Shown: positions 9,053 to 18,513 of the stretch, in pieces | How the letters are laid out: each line of letters opens with the position of its first letter | Numbering within the stretch: position 1 is the stretch's first letter | DNA from: Thermoplasmata archaeon | GTDB taxonomy: Archaea > Thermoplasmatota > Thermoplasmata > GCA-020350865 | Length of the DNA: 64,000 bases | Direction: 5' to 3' | NCBI GenBank assembly: GCA_020348445.1 | Contig: CP070751.1 | Coordinates: 615,901-679,900, forward strand | Program-made: the position numbers and the translations under genes | The notes under the pieces: model-generated | Seen by the model: the letters and a program-made list of their open reading frames with translations, nothing else | What the model was told of the DNA's origin: nothing | Databases searched by the model: none

Positions 9053-10232
9053 CTCCTTTTACTGAATCCACAATCTCAGATGGAGAATGCATTTCACCAC
9101 CAGTCTTTGGAATGGACACGACATCACATTCTCCCCGACAAAATTCAGCAATTGGATGATTTATCTGCCCGAGATTCATCTCAGGAACAAATATAGAATC
9201 AACCTTCTTTGCCATGGCTTGGATTTCTTTAATGGGAAAAGGCCAAATGGTGATGAGCCTTAGAAAGTCGGTTTTTATTCCATCCTTCCTAAGCATTTTA
9301 ACTGCCCGCATCGAGCTTCTTGCAGAGATTCCATAACTTACCAGGCTAACCTTGCTTCCCTTCTGGTATCTCTTTTCCACCATCACGATTTTATCTCTGT
9401 CATCAGCGATTTTCTCGGACAGTCTTTTGATTAGGGCATGGTGTATGTTTTTGTCGTCGGTTGAAGGGAGGCCGTTCTCCTTGTGGGTTAGGCCTGTCAC
9501 GTATGTATGATAACCTGTTCCAAAATTCGCCATCTCAGGGATTTTATCCTTTCCTGCTTTAAAGGGTTTGTATTTCTCCTTGTCTTTTGAGGGTGTCTTC
9601 CTTTCAGTCAATCTCAAATCCTTTCTTTTGGGAATCACAACCTCCTCCCTCATGTGCCCCACATCACCATCAGTTAAAATGATCACTGGATTGCGATATT
9701 TTTCTGCAAGGTTGAAAGCAGTTATCATCAAATCTAGACTTTCCTGTGGAGAGTTGGGTGAAAGAGCAATTATCTCATGATCCCCGTGGGTTCCCCAGCG
9801 GGCTTGCATTACATCGCCCTGGGCAGCCTCTGTGGGCTGGCCTGTGGAAGGCCCCGAGCGCTGGACGTTAACGATCACACATGGAGTCTCTGTCATGCAA
9901 GCATATCCAATATTCTCCTGCATCAGGGAAAATCCGGGTCCAGATGTGGTGGTCATGGCCTTGGCTCCCGCCCAAGCTGCACCTATCACGGCCCCGATAC
10001 TTGCGATCTCATCCTCCATCTGGATACAGGCGCCGCCTATCTTGGGCATGATTCGGGCAAATATCTCTGCTGTCTCTGTTGCAGGTGTGATGGGGTATCC
10101 TGCAAAAAATCTGCAGCCAGCAAGCACGGCACCGTAAGCAACAGCAGTGTCGCCTTGTATGAACTGCTTCTGTTTTCCAAGTGCCTTTGTGACCTTGTTG
10201 TATTCCTCAGCTGATATCTCCTTTGCCTTCAC
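9045..10232 (-). CDS. 2-oxoacid:ferredoxin oxidoreductase, alpha subunit, set 1
   Basis: GDTAVAYGAVLAGCRFFAGYPITPATE, QMEDEIASIGAVIGA, RSGPSTGQPT. Start set to the GTG at 10232 (VKAKEIS), 4 nt after the gamma stop and behind GGGGTGA. The track's longer ATG at 10277 would overlap gamma by 41 nt. Confidence 0.85.
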   Translation of the reverse strand: MKAKEISAEEYNKVTKALGKQKQFIQGDTAVAYGAVLAGCRFFAGYPITPATETAEIFARIMPKIGGACIQMEDEIASIGAVIGAAWAGAKAMTTTSGPGFSLMQENIGYACMTETPCVIVNVQRSGPSTGQPTEAAQGDVMQARWGTHGDHEIIALSPNSPQESLDLMITAFNLAEKYRNPVIILTDGDVGHMREEVVIPKRKDLRLTERKTPSKDKEKYKPFKAGKDKIPEMANFGTGYHTYVTGLTHKENGLPSTDDKNIHHALIKRLSEKIADDRDKIVMVEKRYQKGSKVSLVSYGISARSSMRAVKMLRKDGIKTDFLRLITIWPFPIKEIQAMAKKVDSIFVPEMNLGQINHPIAEFCRGECDVVSIPKTGGEMHSPSEIVDSVKGGV

Positions 10233-10236
10233 TTTA

Positions 10237-10764
10237 TCACCCCTTCCCCTTCTTGCCAAGAGCGTAACCCTTCTCAAAGGCCTTCATATTGATCTTCTCT
10301 GTTCCCTTGGGAATGTTGTTTTTTATGGTCTCAACCATCTTCTTTTTTGGGATCATATCGATAACTGGTGTGAGGTAACCGAGCATCACGATATTGGCCA
10401 CGATCTTGCGACCAAGGGAATCTGCTGTCTTGGTGAATGGAACAAGTTTGGCATTCTTCACAGCTCCTTCAACTAAATCAGCATCCACAATTATCGCGGT
10501 ACTTTTCTTTATATCATCATGATATTTGTCATAGCCAGGTTGTGATAGAGCAACAAGAATATCGGCATCAACGACCCTTGGATAATCGATTTCGGAATCT
10601 GAGATAACAACTTCGGAACGGGCCGCACCTCCCCTTGACTCAGGACCATAGGATTGTGTCTGTACTGCTTTATGACCCGAGTTGATAGCGGCCTCACCAA
10701 GAATTCTTCCTGCAAGCACTATTCCCTGTCCTCCAAAACCGGCGATTCGAATTTCCTTTCTCAT
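10237..10764 (-). CDS. 2-oxoacid:ferredoxin oxidoreductase, gamma subunit, set 1
   Basis: 175 aa. IRIAGFGGQGIVLAG..LG.AA...G..AVQTQSYGPESRGGA is the typical gamma/PorG signature. Confidence 0.9.
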   Translation of the reverse strand: MRKEIRIAGFGGQGIVLAGRILGEAAINSGHKAVQTQSYGPESRGGAARSEVVISDSEIDYPRVVDADILVALSQPGYDKYHDDIKKSTAIIVDADLVEGAVKNAKLVPFTKTADSLGRKIVANIVMLGYLTPVIDMIPKKKMVETIKNNIPKGTEKINMKAFEKGYALGKKGKG

Positions 10765-11297
10765 TTTCTACCCTCCTTCAAGCCCAATTTATATCCTTCT
10801 TCAAAGGCCTTGATATTGAGGTTCTCTGTCCCTTTGGGAACATTATTTTTTATAGATTCCTTTACACCCTTTTTTGTAACGATTTTTGTGATGGCTGTCA
10901 CATAGCCAATCATGACCATGTTGCCGATGATCTTTCTACCGAATTTCTTGTATGCAATATCTGTTGCTGGAATGCCGTAGAATTTGAACTTTTTCACATC
11001 CTCGGGAAAAACCAAGTCAGAGTCGATGATCAAGGTCCCTCCCTTCTTTAACATTGGAATATATTTTTCAAATGCAGAATGTGACATGGACACGAGAACA
11101 TCGATTGCAGGTGGGGACAGTTCGTTTATGTTCTTGTCAGAGATTATGACATCGCTTCTGCAGGCACCACCCCGGGATTCGCTTCCATAGGACTGGGTCT
11201 GAATGGCATTGTTGCCATCCTTTATGGCAGCATTGCCCAATATGAATCCCGAAAGCACTATTCCCTGCCCACCGAATCCCGAGAAACGAATGTTCAT
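10761..11297 (-). CDS. 2-oxoacid:ferredoxin oxidoreductase, gamma subunit, set 2
   Basis: 178 aa. IRFSGFGGQGIVLSG...QTQSYGSESRGGA. 4-nt overlaps with both neighbours. Confidence 0.9.
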   Translation of the reverse strand: MNIRFSGFGGQGIVLSGFILGNAAIKDGNNAIQTQSYGSESRGGACRSDVIISDKNINELSPPAIDVLVSMSHSAFEKYIPMLKKGGTLIIDSDLVFPEDVKKFKFYGIPATDIAYKKFGRKIIGNMVMIGYVTAITKIVTKKGVKESIKNNVPKGTENLNIKAFEEGYKLGLKEGRK

Positions 11298-12097
11298 TTT
11301 CCTATCCTCTCCTGATTCAGTTTTCTGAGGCTCTCTGTGAATTCTGTCCTTTCTCTGTCCACGAATTTTCCGATCACAATCCTATCCTCAAGCTCCTTTT
11401 CACTTAGGTTTTTTACCTTTTCAATCTTTATAGCCTTCTCCTTGAACATGTTCAGGTAATCCTGCCCCTCCCTCATTCCGATTTTTCTTCCATGTGCCAC
11501 AGGGCAGGGGGAGAGTATCTCAATAAAGGAAAATCCTTTCTTTTTAAATGCGTTCTGCATGGATTCCATCAAGGGGAAGACATTATATGTCGTCCACCTG
11601 GCAACATAGCTTGCTCCTGCTGCAGCAACAAGCTCCGCAATTTTCATGGGGTGCTCGATGTTCTTGTAGGGTGTGGTTGTGGTGGGATGTCCCATTGGGG
11701 TTGTTGGAGAAACCTGGCCTCCAGTCATGCCATAGATATAATTGTTAACAAGAAAGACAGAGATATCGAGATTTCTTCGGGCAGAATGTATGAGATGATT
11801 GCCGCCAATGCCTGCAATGTCTCCATCTCCTGCGATAACCACGACATCCATGTCTGGCTTCATTATTTTCACACCAGTTGCAAAGGCAAGGGGTCTTCCA
11901 TGGGTTGTGTGCAGTGTATCGCATTTGAGGTATGGTGAGGGAATCCAGGAAGAGCATCCGATACCAGTTACTGAAACTATGTTCTCTGGGTTCAAGCCAA
12001 GCTCATCTATTGCATGGGCATAGCAGTTGAGGACTGTTCCGCAACCGCAGCCCGAGCAGAATTTTGTGGGAAAGATCTCCTCCCTTAGATACTTCAT
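11294..12097 (-). CDS. 2-oxoacid:ferredoxin oxidoreductase, beta subunit, set 2
   Basis: 267 aa. FCSGCGCG, GDGDIAGIGGNH, NNYIYGMTGGQVSPTTP. Confidence 0.9.
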   Translation of the reverse strand: MKYLREEIFPTKFCSGCGCGTVLNCYAHAIDELGLNPENIVSVTGIGCSSWIPSPYLKCDTLHTTHGRPLAFATGVKIMKPDMDVVVIAGDGDIAGIGGNHLIHSARRNLDISVFLVNNYIYGMTGGQVSPTTPMGHPTTTTPYKNIEHPMKIAELVAAAGASYVARWTTYNVFPLMESMQNAFKKKGFSFIEILSPCPVAHGRKIGMREGQDYLNMFKEKAIKIEKVKNLSEKELEDRIVIGKFVDRERTEFTESLRKLNQERIGK

Positions 12098-12120
12098 GAG
12101 CCTGTGCTTGTGCTTATCCG

Positions 12121-13266
12121 TTAGACCACCTCTTTGATTTTTGCATATATTTCGTCTATGGAATGGACAATGCCCCCGATTTTTGGAACTGAGATTACCT
12201 CACAGTCCACGAACCTCTCAATCTCTCGGGAGATCTGGCCAAGGTTCATCTCTGGGACTAAAATTGTGTCCACCTGTTTTCCCAATTCTGTGATCTGCTT
12301 CCTTGCAAAGGGCCAAATTGTAATGAACCTGAAGAAGCCCACCTTCTTCTTGTTCCTTCGGGCCCTTTCCACTGCTCCCAGGCTGGGCCTTGCAGATGCA
12401 CCATATGAAACCACGGCCACTTTTGCATTCTTCATGTGTTTTTTCTCTATCCTGACTATCTTCTCCCTGTTTGTCTCTATCTTTTTATAAATCCTAGTTA
12501 TTAGCTCCTCGTGAACCTCCTGAGACTCCACGTCCCTCATACCGCTTGTCTTGTGGGTTGAGCCTGTGACATGAATGAAACCTCCCCGTCCGAACTCCAT
12601 CATGGGCGGGATGAGTTGTCCACCAAAAACCGATTTATTATCCTTGGCCTTTGGTCTTTTAACAATTTTAACATCCTTTAGTTTGGGCATTACCATCTTT
12701 TCCCTAAGATGGCCGATTTCACCGTCGGTAAGAAGTATCACGGGAGTGCGGTAAATCTCAGAGAGATTGAAGCAATCTATCATCAAATCAAAGCATTCCT
12801 GAACCGAGGACGGTGCGAGGGCTATAATCTCATGATCCCCGTGGGTTCCCCATCGGGCCTGCATCACATCCCCCTGAGCAGGCTTCGTGGCCTGGCCTGT
12901 GGAGGGTCCTGAGCGCTGCACATCCACGATAACACATGGGGTTTCAGTCATTACAGCGTAGCCGATATTCTCCTGCATCAGAGAGAAGCCAGGGCCTGAT
13001 GTGGCTGTCATGGCCTTTCCCCCTGCCCATGCCGCACCTATCACGGCACCGATACTCGCGATCTCGTCCTCAAACTGGACATAATAACCATTTACATTGG
13101 GAAGCAACCTTGCAATTAACTCGGCAACCTCAGAGGCGGGGGTGATAGGATAACCCCCAAAAAAATTACATCGGGCAAACAAGGCTCCGTAGGCAACAGC
13201 CTCATCTCCAAGTATGAAAAAAGTCTTTCCTTCGAACTTTTTAAGGTAATTTTCGTAATAATCCAT
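12121..13266 (-). CDS. 2-oxoacid:ferredoxin oxidoreductase, alpha subunit, set 2
   Basis: 381 aa. GDEAVAYGALFARCNFFGGYPITPASE, FEDEIASIGAVIGAAWAG, RSGPSTGQATK. Confidence 0.9.
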   Translation of the reverse strand: MDYYENYLKKFEGKTFFILGDEAVAYGALFARCNFFGGYPITPASEVAELIARLLPNVNGYYVQFEDEIASIGAVIGAAWAGGKAMTATSGPGFSLMQENIGYAVMTETPCVIVDVQRSGPSTGQATKPAQGDVMQARWGTHGDHEIIALAPSSVQECFDLMIDCFNLSEIYRTPVILLTDGEIGHLREKMVMPKLKDVKIVKRPKAKDNKSVFGGQLIPPMMEFGRGGFIHVTGSTHKTSGMRDVESQEVHEELITRIYKKIETNREKIVRIEKKHMKNAKVAVVSYGASARPSLGAVERARRNKKKVGFFRFITIWPFARKQITELGKQVDTILVPEMNLGQISREIERFVDCEVISVPKIGGIVHSIDEIYAKIKEVV

Positions 13267-13276
13267 AATTTTCGCC

Positions 13277-13477
13277 CTACTCGTTTATGATGAATATGGC
13301 AAATTCGGGGCATAGAAGCTCGCAGAGCCTGCAGCCCAGACATTCATCCTCTTTTACGGCTTTTGGGGGATAGTAGCCCTTTTTGTTGATCTTATCAGAG
13401 GTCTCCAGCACCTTCATGGGGCAGAAATCTGTACAGATACCGCACCCTTTACAGAGTTCTTCGTCGATTTCTATCAT
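13277..13477 (-). CDS. 2-oxoacid:ferredoxin oxidoreductase, delta subunit (2x[4Fe-4S] ferredoxin)
   Basis: 66 aa with two CxxCxxCxxxCP motifs (CKGCGICTDFCP, CLGCRLCELLCP). First gene of the operon. Confidence 0.85.
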   Translation of the reverse strand: MIEIDEELCKGCGICTDFCPMKVLETSDKINKKGYYPPKAVKEDECLGCRLCELLCPEFAIFIINE

Positions 13478-13516
13478 TTATATGCCCAGCCTATTAGGGG
13501 ATTTGGTTATATCAGA

Positions 13517-13539
13517 GGAAGGTAAAAAGTTTATGGTTG
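13517..13539 (-). promoter_or_regulatory. Candidate promoter element of the OFOR operon (shared 23-nt motif)
   Basis: The plus strand reads GGAAGGTAAAAAGTTTATGGTTG. The minus strand reads CAACCATAAACTTTTTACCTTCC with a TATA-like AAACTTTTTA, 40-60 nt upstream of the ATG at 13477. A near-identical copy lies at 14822..14844. Confidence 0.35.
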
Positions 13540-13672
13540 GGATATCTTATAGATTATTCGAATATTCAATAATAATCTCTCTTGATATAAGAGCGCAAGC
13601 CAAAGGAAATAAGAATGGAGAACTGGGGGTAATATGGTCTAAAAGTAACGTAGTCAATACCGTTTTACCATT

Positions 13673-14749
13673 TCAAATTTGGACCTCGATAATTATCGAG
13701 TGTGTATCTACTTCATCGTGTGCATCTTTAACTGTAAGAGAAATACCATAATAACCTATATTTGAAAATGTATAAGTCATTTGCTCGTCTTCGTCAGTGT
13801 GTACAATTGCTCCTGGCTCATCTGGTTCGGTACTGTACGTAATAGTCCAATGGTAAACTAAATCACCATCATCAATAGAAATCCCTCCATCGAAATCCAC
13901 TTCCTCCCCCGTAGATACAGTATTATCTCCATCCTCATCTTCCCACGTAAATTTTGAATCAGGAGCAGCATTGATGAGCTTCTTATCATCGGCACTATAA
14001 CTTGCATAAGATGAAGAATCCTTGACCTCATTATTTTTTATATCAATAGTTATAGTATAATTGCCACTTACATCATAATTTATTATTTGTTCATACTCGG
14101 GATTTCCTTCCACTGGAATCCATGTTCCGATTCCAGATGTGATCGAGTGAATCCCATCCTCATGCTCTATGCTTGCTATTCTTATTTCGGAATCTCCTGG
14201 CAGTGCACTGTTCGCCCCACTTACCTCGATTTTGAGATTGAATTGTGGTTGTTCATCAACGATAATATTGTCAGAAATGGTTATGGACACATTCTTTAAA
14301 ACGAAATCGATGCTATGTGTTATCTCATCTGAGGCTCCTTTGAATTCTACATTGATGTTATAATCACCGTTATCTACCACGAATTGATTGTAAGGTATCG
14401 TTATAGTTGCAGTGTTATCTTCTATATCCCAGTTATTGTTCGTATAAACAGTTGAACCGCTTTGTGTTATTGTTATTTTTGCCTGGCCAGAAATCTTGGA
14501 AGGCTTATCAGCACTTATAAAAGCCGTCAATTTCAATCCATCTGGGGTTTCTTGGGAATTTATCGTTATACCTTTGATGATGACTTCATCCTCATTAGAG
14601 GACTTAGACCCGTCATCCCCAAGAAAAATTATCGAAACAATAGCGATAATAACAATGGCAGCTATAATAATCCCAATAATAATTGGTAATTTTAAATTAC
14701 CACTTGACGAGGATGAAGTATGTGGATCCAGAGCAGAATATTGTTGCAT
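13673..14749 (-). CDS. Membrane-anchored extracellular protein with C-terminal PKD-like domain
   Basis: 358 aa. N-terminal TM helix (LPIIIGIIIAAIVIIAIVSIIFL). C-terminal FTWEDEDGD...YHWTI...YYGISLTVKDAHDE resembles PKD. Confidence 0.7.
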   Translation of the reverse strand: MQQYSALDPHTSSSSSGNLKLPIIIGIIIAAIVIIAIVSIIFLGDDGSKSSNEDEVIIKGITINSQETPDGLKLTAFISADKPSKISGQAKITITQSGSTVYTNNNWDIEDNTATITIPYNQFVVDNGDYNINVEFKGASDEITHSIDFVLKNVSITISDNIIVDEQPQFNLKIEVSGANSALPGDSEIRIASIEHEDGIHSITSGIGTWIPVEGNPEYEQIINYDVSGNYTITIDIKNNEVKDSSSYASYSADDKKLINAAPDSKFTWEDEDGDNTVSTGEEVDFDGGISIDDGDLVYHWTITYSTEPDEPGAIVHTDEDEQMTYTFSNIGYYGISLTVKDAHDEVDTHSIIIEVQI

Positions 14750-14821
14750 TCTTACCCCCTCCTTTATCCTGATTTATTTTTCAAGGGTGATTGGTGCCCT
14801 ATTGCTCTATAAAATGACATT

Positions 14822-14844
14822 GGAAGGTAAAAGGTTTATGGTTG
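14822..14844 (-). promoter_or_regulatory. Candidate promoter element (second copy of the 23-nt motif)
   Basis: GGAAGGTAAAAGGTTTATGGTTG matches 13517..13539 at 22/23 positions. It lies upstream of the ATG at 14749. Confidence 0.3.
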
Positions 14845-14913
14845 TTAAAATGCATACATTAGAAATAGTAATTAAAAATAAAAAAAAGGAAGAAGGTTTT
14901 TGAGGAAGCTCTA

Positions 14914-17900
14914 TCATCCAATGGTGATGGAATCCGAAGATCCCGCCGTTGACAGTCGAAAGTTATCATCGTCCTTTACTGTCAGTGTTAAAGTTCCTGA
15001 GCCTTCGTAGATAAGGGTCGTGGTGTCAGATAAAACCACAGGATTCACTTCTGGGCTTGGATACGGATCCGGTGTGTTGGTTGGAGCATTGTTGTAGTAT
15101 TTCTTTGATACTGTCTGTGTTCCATATGTGTAGGTGATAGTTTCATCATCACTGCCTGGGTCTGAGACATCACTGGTTACTTCAAATGGATGGCCGATAA
15201 GAAGTGCACTGATATCCACTTCCCAGGGCTCTACATGGTTCCAGTGGTCACTGTCTCTGATCATGGACTGCTGTGTATTGAACGTGTGATGCACTTTTTC
15301 CTCGGAGCCGTTGGGGAACTTTATTATCACCCAAACCGGGTTTCCTGCGTTGTCCTTTTTATCTTTGCCGTTATTGCCCTGGTCTCCATTTATCTCGTCA
15401 CCGCTGTCCGGATATGGATCATATGTCACCACCGCCCTGTAGGTCTTAGTCATATCGAGTGTGGTTGGAAGCGCTGGATTTACGTAAGTGGGATTGTTGT
15501 CTGGATTGCCAGGCCATCTTTCAACCTCGAGATAGCCTACTGAACTGTTGCCTTCGTACAATGTCAGGCCCACATTGCTCCACTTGGAGCCTGCGACTCT
15601 TAGTTTGATTTCCACGTCCATAGTCGCTGACTCAATGCTTACATCTGGATCGACATTTAGAACCGTTATTACGCAGGTGTCTGTGTCTGTTAGACCGCTG
15701 AAATCCATTACTGTCAATGTCACGGTGTAGTTACCATCTGTGCCGTCGCCGTCGTCACCATAGACATGGGTTGGCATTGGACCTGTTGCGTCAACATCAT
15801 TGGTTGGGTTCCCATCAGAATCGGAATCCACATTGGCGTCAAAGTCCCAAGTATAGGTGAGAATCGAGTCCTTGATAAGTTGAGTTACGTCATCTATGAA
15901 GCTCTCTTCGTCGTCTATTTCGTACGCTGTTCCATTGGTCTGTGCACCAAGAGATATGAACAGATCCTGAATCGGGCCTGTTGCAGAACCATTGGGTCCG
16001 TCAGGATCGCAGGCCTCGTCGTACATTGGGAACATGAGCACTTTGTTCTCATTGGCAATTATGGCAGTTCCGTTGATTGTATCCCAATCCTGTGGCCAGA
16101 CATAGGGATCACTTGAAGGTCCAGAGCCCGACACACCATCTCTGTGTTGATGCCATGGGGCCGAATCACCTATGGGCGATACTATCCTAAGAGCACCGGC
16201 ACGCCAGTAATGATGAACAGCTACATATGCGGCGCCCTGTGCCCAGCCTTCAGATACATGTGTGGAATGACTGTCGCAAGTCTGGTTGGGAATCAAAAGA
16301 CATGGAGAAGGATTGGCTGTGTTAACATTATGTCCATGTGGATTGCTGATCAGGGGATTTCTCAGGCAGTCAGTTAGTCTGGTACTACCATTAGGTTGAA
16401 TCCGGATACCGTAATCCATCCAGCCATCCATAATGGAAGAGTTGTAGGTGTTGCCGTGGTCCAGGCCATAAACTCTGAACCTAAGGTCAAATCCCTCATC
16501 CTCCAAAGATTGCTCGATTGCCGGAAGCGTTCTCGATAATATGTTCCACTCGTCAGGCATGCTGGGTGATGTATCAACCACGAACACCATATCCACCTTT
16601 GGATCGGGATCATAAGATCCTGTGCCGTTGAATTGAACTGTGTCCCCCTCGTACACAGTTTGATCTGGACCGGCATTTGCTACAGGTGGATCGTTGAACT
16701 CGGGAAGCTGTGTTCTCCAGGTATTGTGGGTCTTCCATGGCTGGTAGTCGTTGGTTATGGAAAGATCTGATCTCACGTTCGTGAAGTAGTAGGCCATCTG
16801 ATTCCAAACAGGTCTGCACTCCACCCATGTGTCGTCGTTTCCGAGAATCAACAATTCTCTGTTGTAGTCTGCGCCTCCACCTGAGTAACCGTTTCCGCTG
16901 GGCACTACAATTTCGGCATGGTCATCTAGGTCGACATCTGCAATGACTGGTGAATGCTCGTTTTCATCGATGTCTATGTTGCTGTTCCAGGTTACATTAC
17001 CAGTCATTCCATCCAGAACCAAAGCAGCAATGTCGTCTGAGATAACGGTAACCTCTGGCGATCCGTCACCATTTAGGTCGGTATTTGTGAGATCCGGATT
17101 GTCCCACTCCCCAACCCCGAGATAACCACTGTTCCAAAGAACAGAACCATCGCCATTGAGTGCAAGAACCCGGCCATTTAAACCCCCTGAAACTGATTCT
17201 CTTGTTCCAACTGCAATCTCCGGGTAGCCGTCGAGATCAAGGTCTGAGACAGCTGGGCCTGAGTTGAATACACTCAGGTTGTACATCCATTTGAGAGTTC
17301 CATTATAACGGTATACAAATACCCCATTACTAGCAGATCTAAATCCCTGTACTGTGATTATCTCAGGATATCCGTCTAGTTCCAAATCAGCAACAGCGAA
17401 GTCGGTTCCGGTTCCTGTCCACCACAATGTTCCATTGTTACGATAGACAGAAAGTCTTCCACTTCTGGAGCCTCCAAAGGCACAAATGACCTCATTGTTC
17501 GCATCGTCATCGAGATCCAATACAGACACTTTATTATAGCCAGCGCCATCATCACCTCCAGCTGGTTTTTCCCAGATGAGAGAACCATCAAGTCCGCTTA
17601 ATACCTTCAAATTGTTGGTAGTAGTTGACCTGCTTAGAGCGACAACGACATCGGGATAGGAATCGTCGTTCACCTTCCCAATTGCAGGAGCATGGTTTGT
17701 CCAATATTCATAACTGTACCTTGCGTTGACAATTCTAACCCAAAGTATGCTCCCGTTGGGTTCAATGGCGTAAACCCGTCCTGTTCCGTCCCAAACAAAC
17801 ACCACTATCTCAGCGATACCGTCATTGTTTAGATCTCCAATGGCAGGTGCATATGGTGCTCCTCCCAAATCTTTTGACCATACCAACTCCACAGTGTCAT

Positions 17901-18171
17901 TTGCGTGCTTGCGGATCACGTTGAGTCTACCGCTCCCGCCAGAGCTGGACAGTGTTTGGGGATTGACGCTGCTGAATATAATCTCAGGGAGCTCATCACC
18001 GCTAATGTTGCCAACTACTGGTGTGGATGGGTATCCGTTGTTGATGGGTCCATAATGTGCTTCCAAAGCATCAGGTTCTGCTGGTGGCCCAACACTTGTT
18101 ACAAATAGTGCTGCAAAAGCCACTGAAAACATAATGGCACAAAGTGCTATGGCTGTTGTTTTGGTCTTCAT
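14914..18171 (-). CDS. Secreted FG-GAP/VCBS beta-propeller protein with a PKD domain interrupted by a vWA-like (MIDAS) insert
   Basis: 1085 aa with a signal peptide. Repeated integrin-alpha-like Ca-binding loops (DLNNDGIAEIVV, DLDLDGYPEI, TDLNGDGSPEV, DVDLDDHAEIVV). PKD halves ANAGPDQTVYEGDTVQFNGTGSYDPD and YTWDFD...YTVTLTVMDFSGLTDTD are separated by ~245 aa starting VDMVFVVDTSPSM. Confidence 0.85.
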   Translation of the reverse strand: MKTKTTAIALCAIMFSVAFAALFVTSVGPPAEPDALEAHYGPINNGYPSTPVVGNISGDELPEIIFSSVNPQTLSSSGGSGRLNVIRKHANDTVELVWSKDLGGAPYAPAIGDLNNDGIAEIVVFVWDGTGRVYAIEPNGSILWVRIVNARYSYEYWTNHAPAIGKVNDDSYPDVVVALSRSTTTNNLKVLSGLDGSLIWEKPAGGDDGAGYNKVSVLDLDDDANNEVICAFGGSRSGRLSVYRNNGTLWWTGTGTDFAVADLELDGYPEIITVQGFRSASNGVFVYRYNGTLKWMYNLSVFNSGPAVSDLDLDGYPEIAVGTRESVSGGLNGRVLALNGDGSVLWNSGYLGVGEWDNPDLTNTDLNGDGSPEVTVISDDIAALVLDGMTGNVTWNSNIDIDENEHSPVIADVDLDDHAEIVVPSGNGYSGGGADYNRELLILGNDDTWVECRPVWNQMAYYFTNVRSDLSITNDYQPWKTHNTWRTQLPEFNDPPVANAGPDQTVYEGDTVQFNGTGSYDPDPKVDMVFVVDTSPSMPDEWNILSRTLPAIEQSLEDEGFDLRFRVYGLDHGNTYNSSIMDGWMDYGIRIQPNGSTRLTDCLRNPLISNPHGHNVNTANPSPCLLIPNQTCDSHSTHVSEGWAQGAAYVAVHHYWRAGALRIVSPIGDSAPWHQHRDGVSGSGPSSDPYVWPQDWDTINGTAIIANENKVLMFPMYDEACDPDGPNGSATGPIQDLFISLGAQTNGTAYEIDDEESFIDDVTQLIKDSILTYTWDFDANVDSDSDGNPTNDVDATGPMPTHVYGDDGDGTDGNYTVTLTVMDFSGLTDTDTCVITVLNVDPDVSIESATMDVEIKLRVAGSKWSNVGLTLYEGNSSVGYLEVERWPGNPDNNPTYVNPALPTTLDMTKTYRAVVTYDPYPDSGDEINGDQGNNGKDKKDNAGNPVWVIIKFPNGSEEKVHHTFNTQQSMIRDSDHWNHVEPWEVDISALLIGHPFEVTSDVSDPGSDDETITYTYGTQTVSKKYYNNAPTNTPDPYPSPEVNPVVLSDTTTLIYEGSGTLTLTVKDDDNFRLSTAGSSDSITIG

Positions 18172-18442
18172 TTCCTATTACCTCCCTCCTGAGGCTTATT
18201 GGTATTTATGTCATAGCGCCCCACCTCGGCGCTAATAGTCACTTTGGGAAAAGGGATTGTGCCGATTTTAATGGTTGCTTATCCCCTCTCCCCAATGCGG
18301 TATTAAATTGAATTTAGAGTATTTAAATATTGTTATTTTCAGTTGTGGCTTATCGTCCAAGGGACTGTGACAATATCGTTTTTGTGAAATTCTCTTGGAT
18401 TTAGCCGTCTTAACTTGGCTTAAAATCAACCCGGGGATTCCA

Positions 18443-18460
18443 AATCTCAACTTTTATATA
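18443..18460 (+). promoter_or_regulatory. Candidate BRE/TATA promoter
   Basis: AATCTCAACTTTTATATA ~55 nt upstream of the start at 18514. It shares the 14-mer AATCTCAACTTTTA with 19403..19420. Confidence 0.4.
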
Positions 18461-18513
18461 TATATTCGCATATTTTATACGTATTACTGAAATAGAATCT
18501 TGGACGTGAAACC

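Noticed and set aside
9568-13343. Multiple 60-150-aa ORFs on the plus strand and in alternative minus frames within the OFOR operon.
   Set aside because: All are embedded in genes with unmistakable OFOR motifs. Gly/Pro/Cys-rich antisense translations are typical of GC-richer coding DNA.
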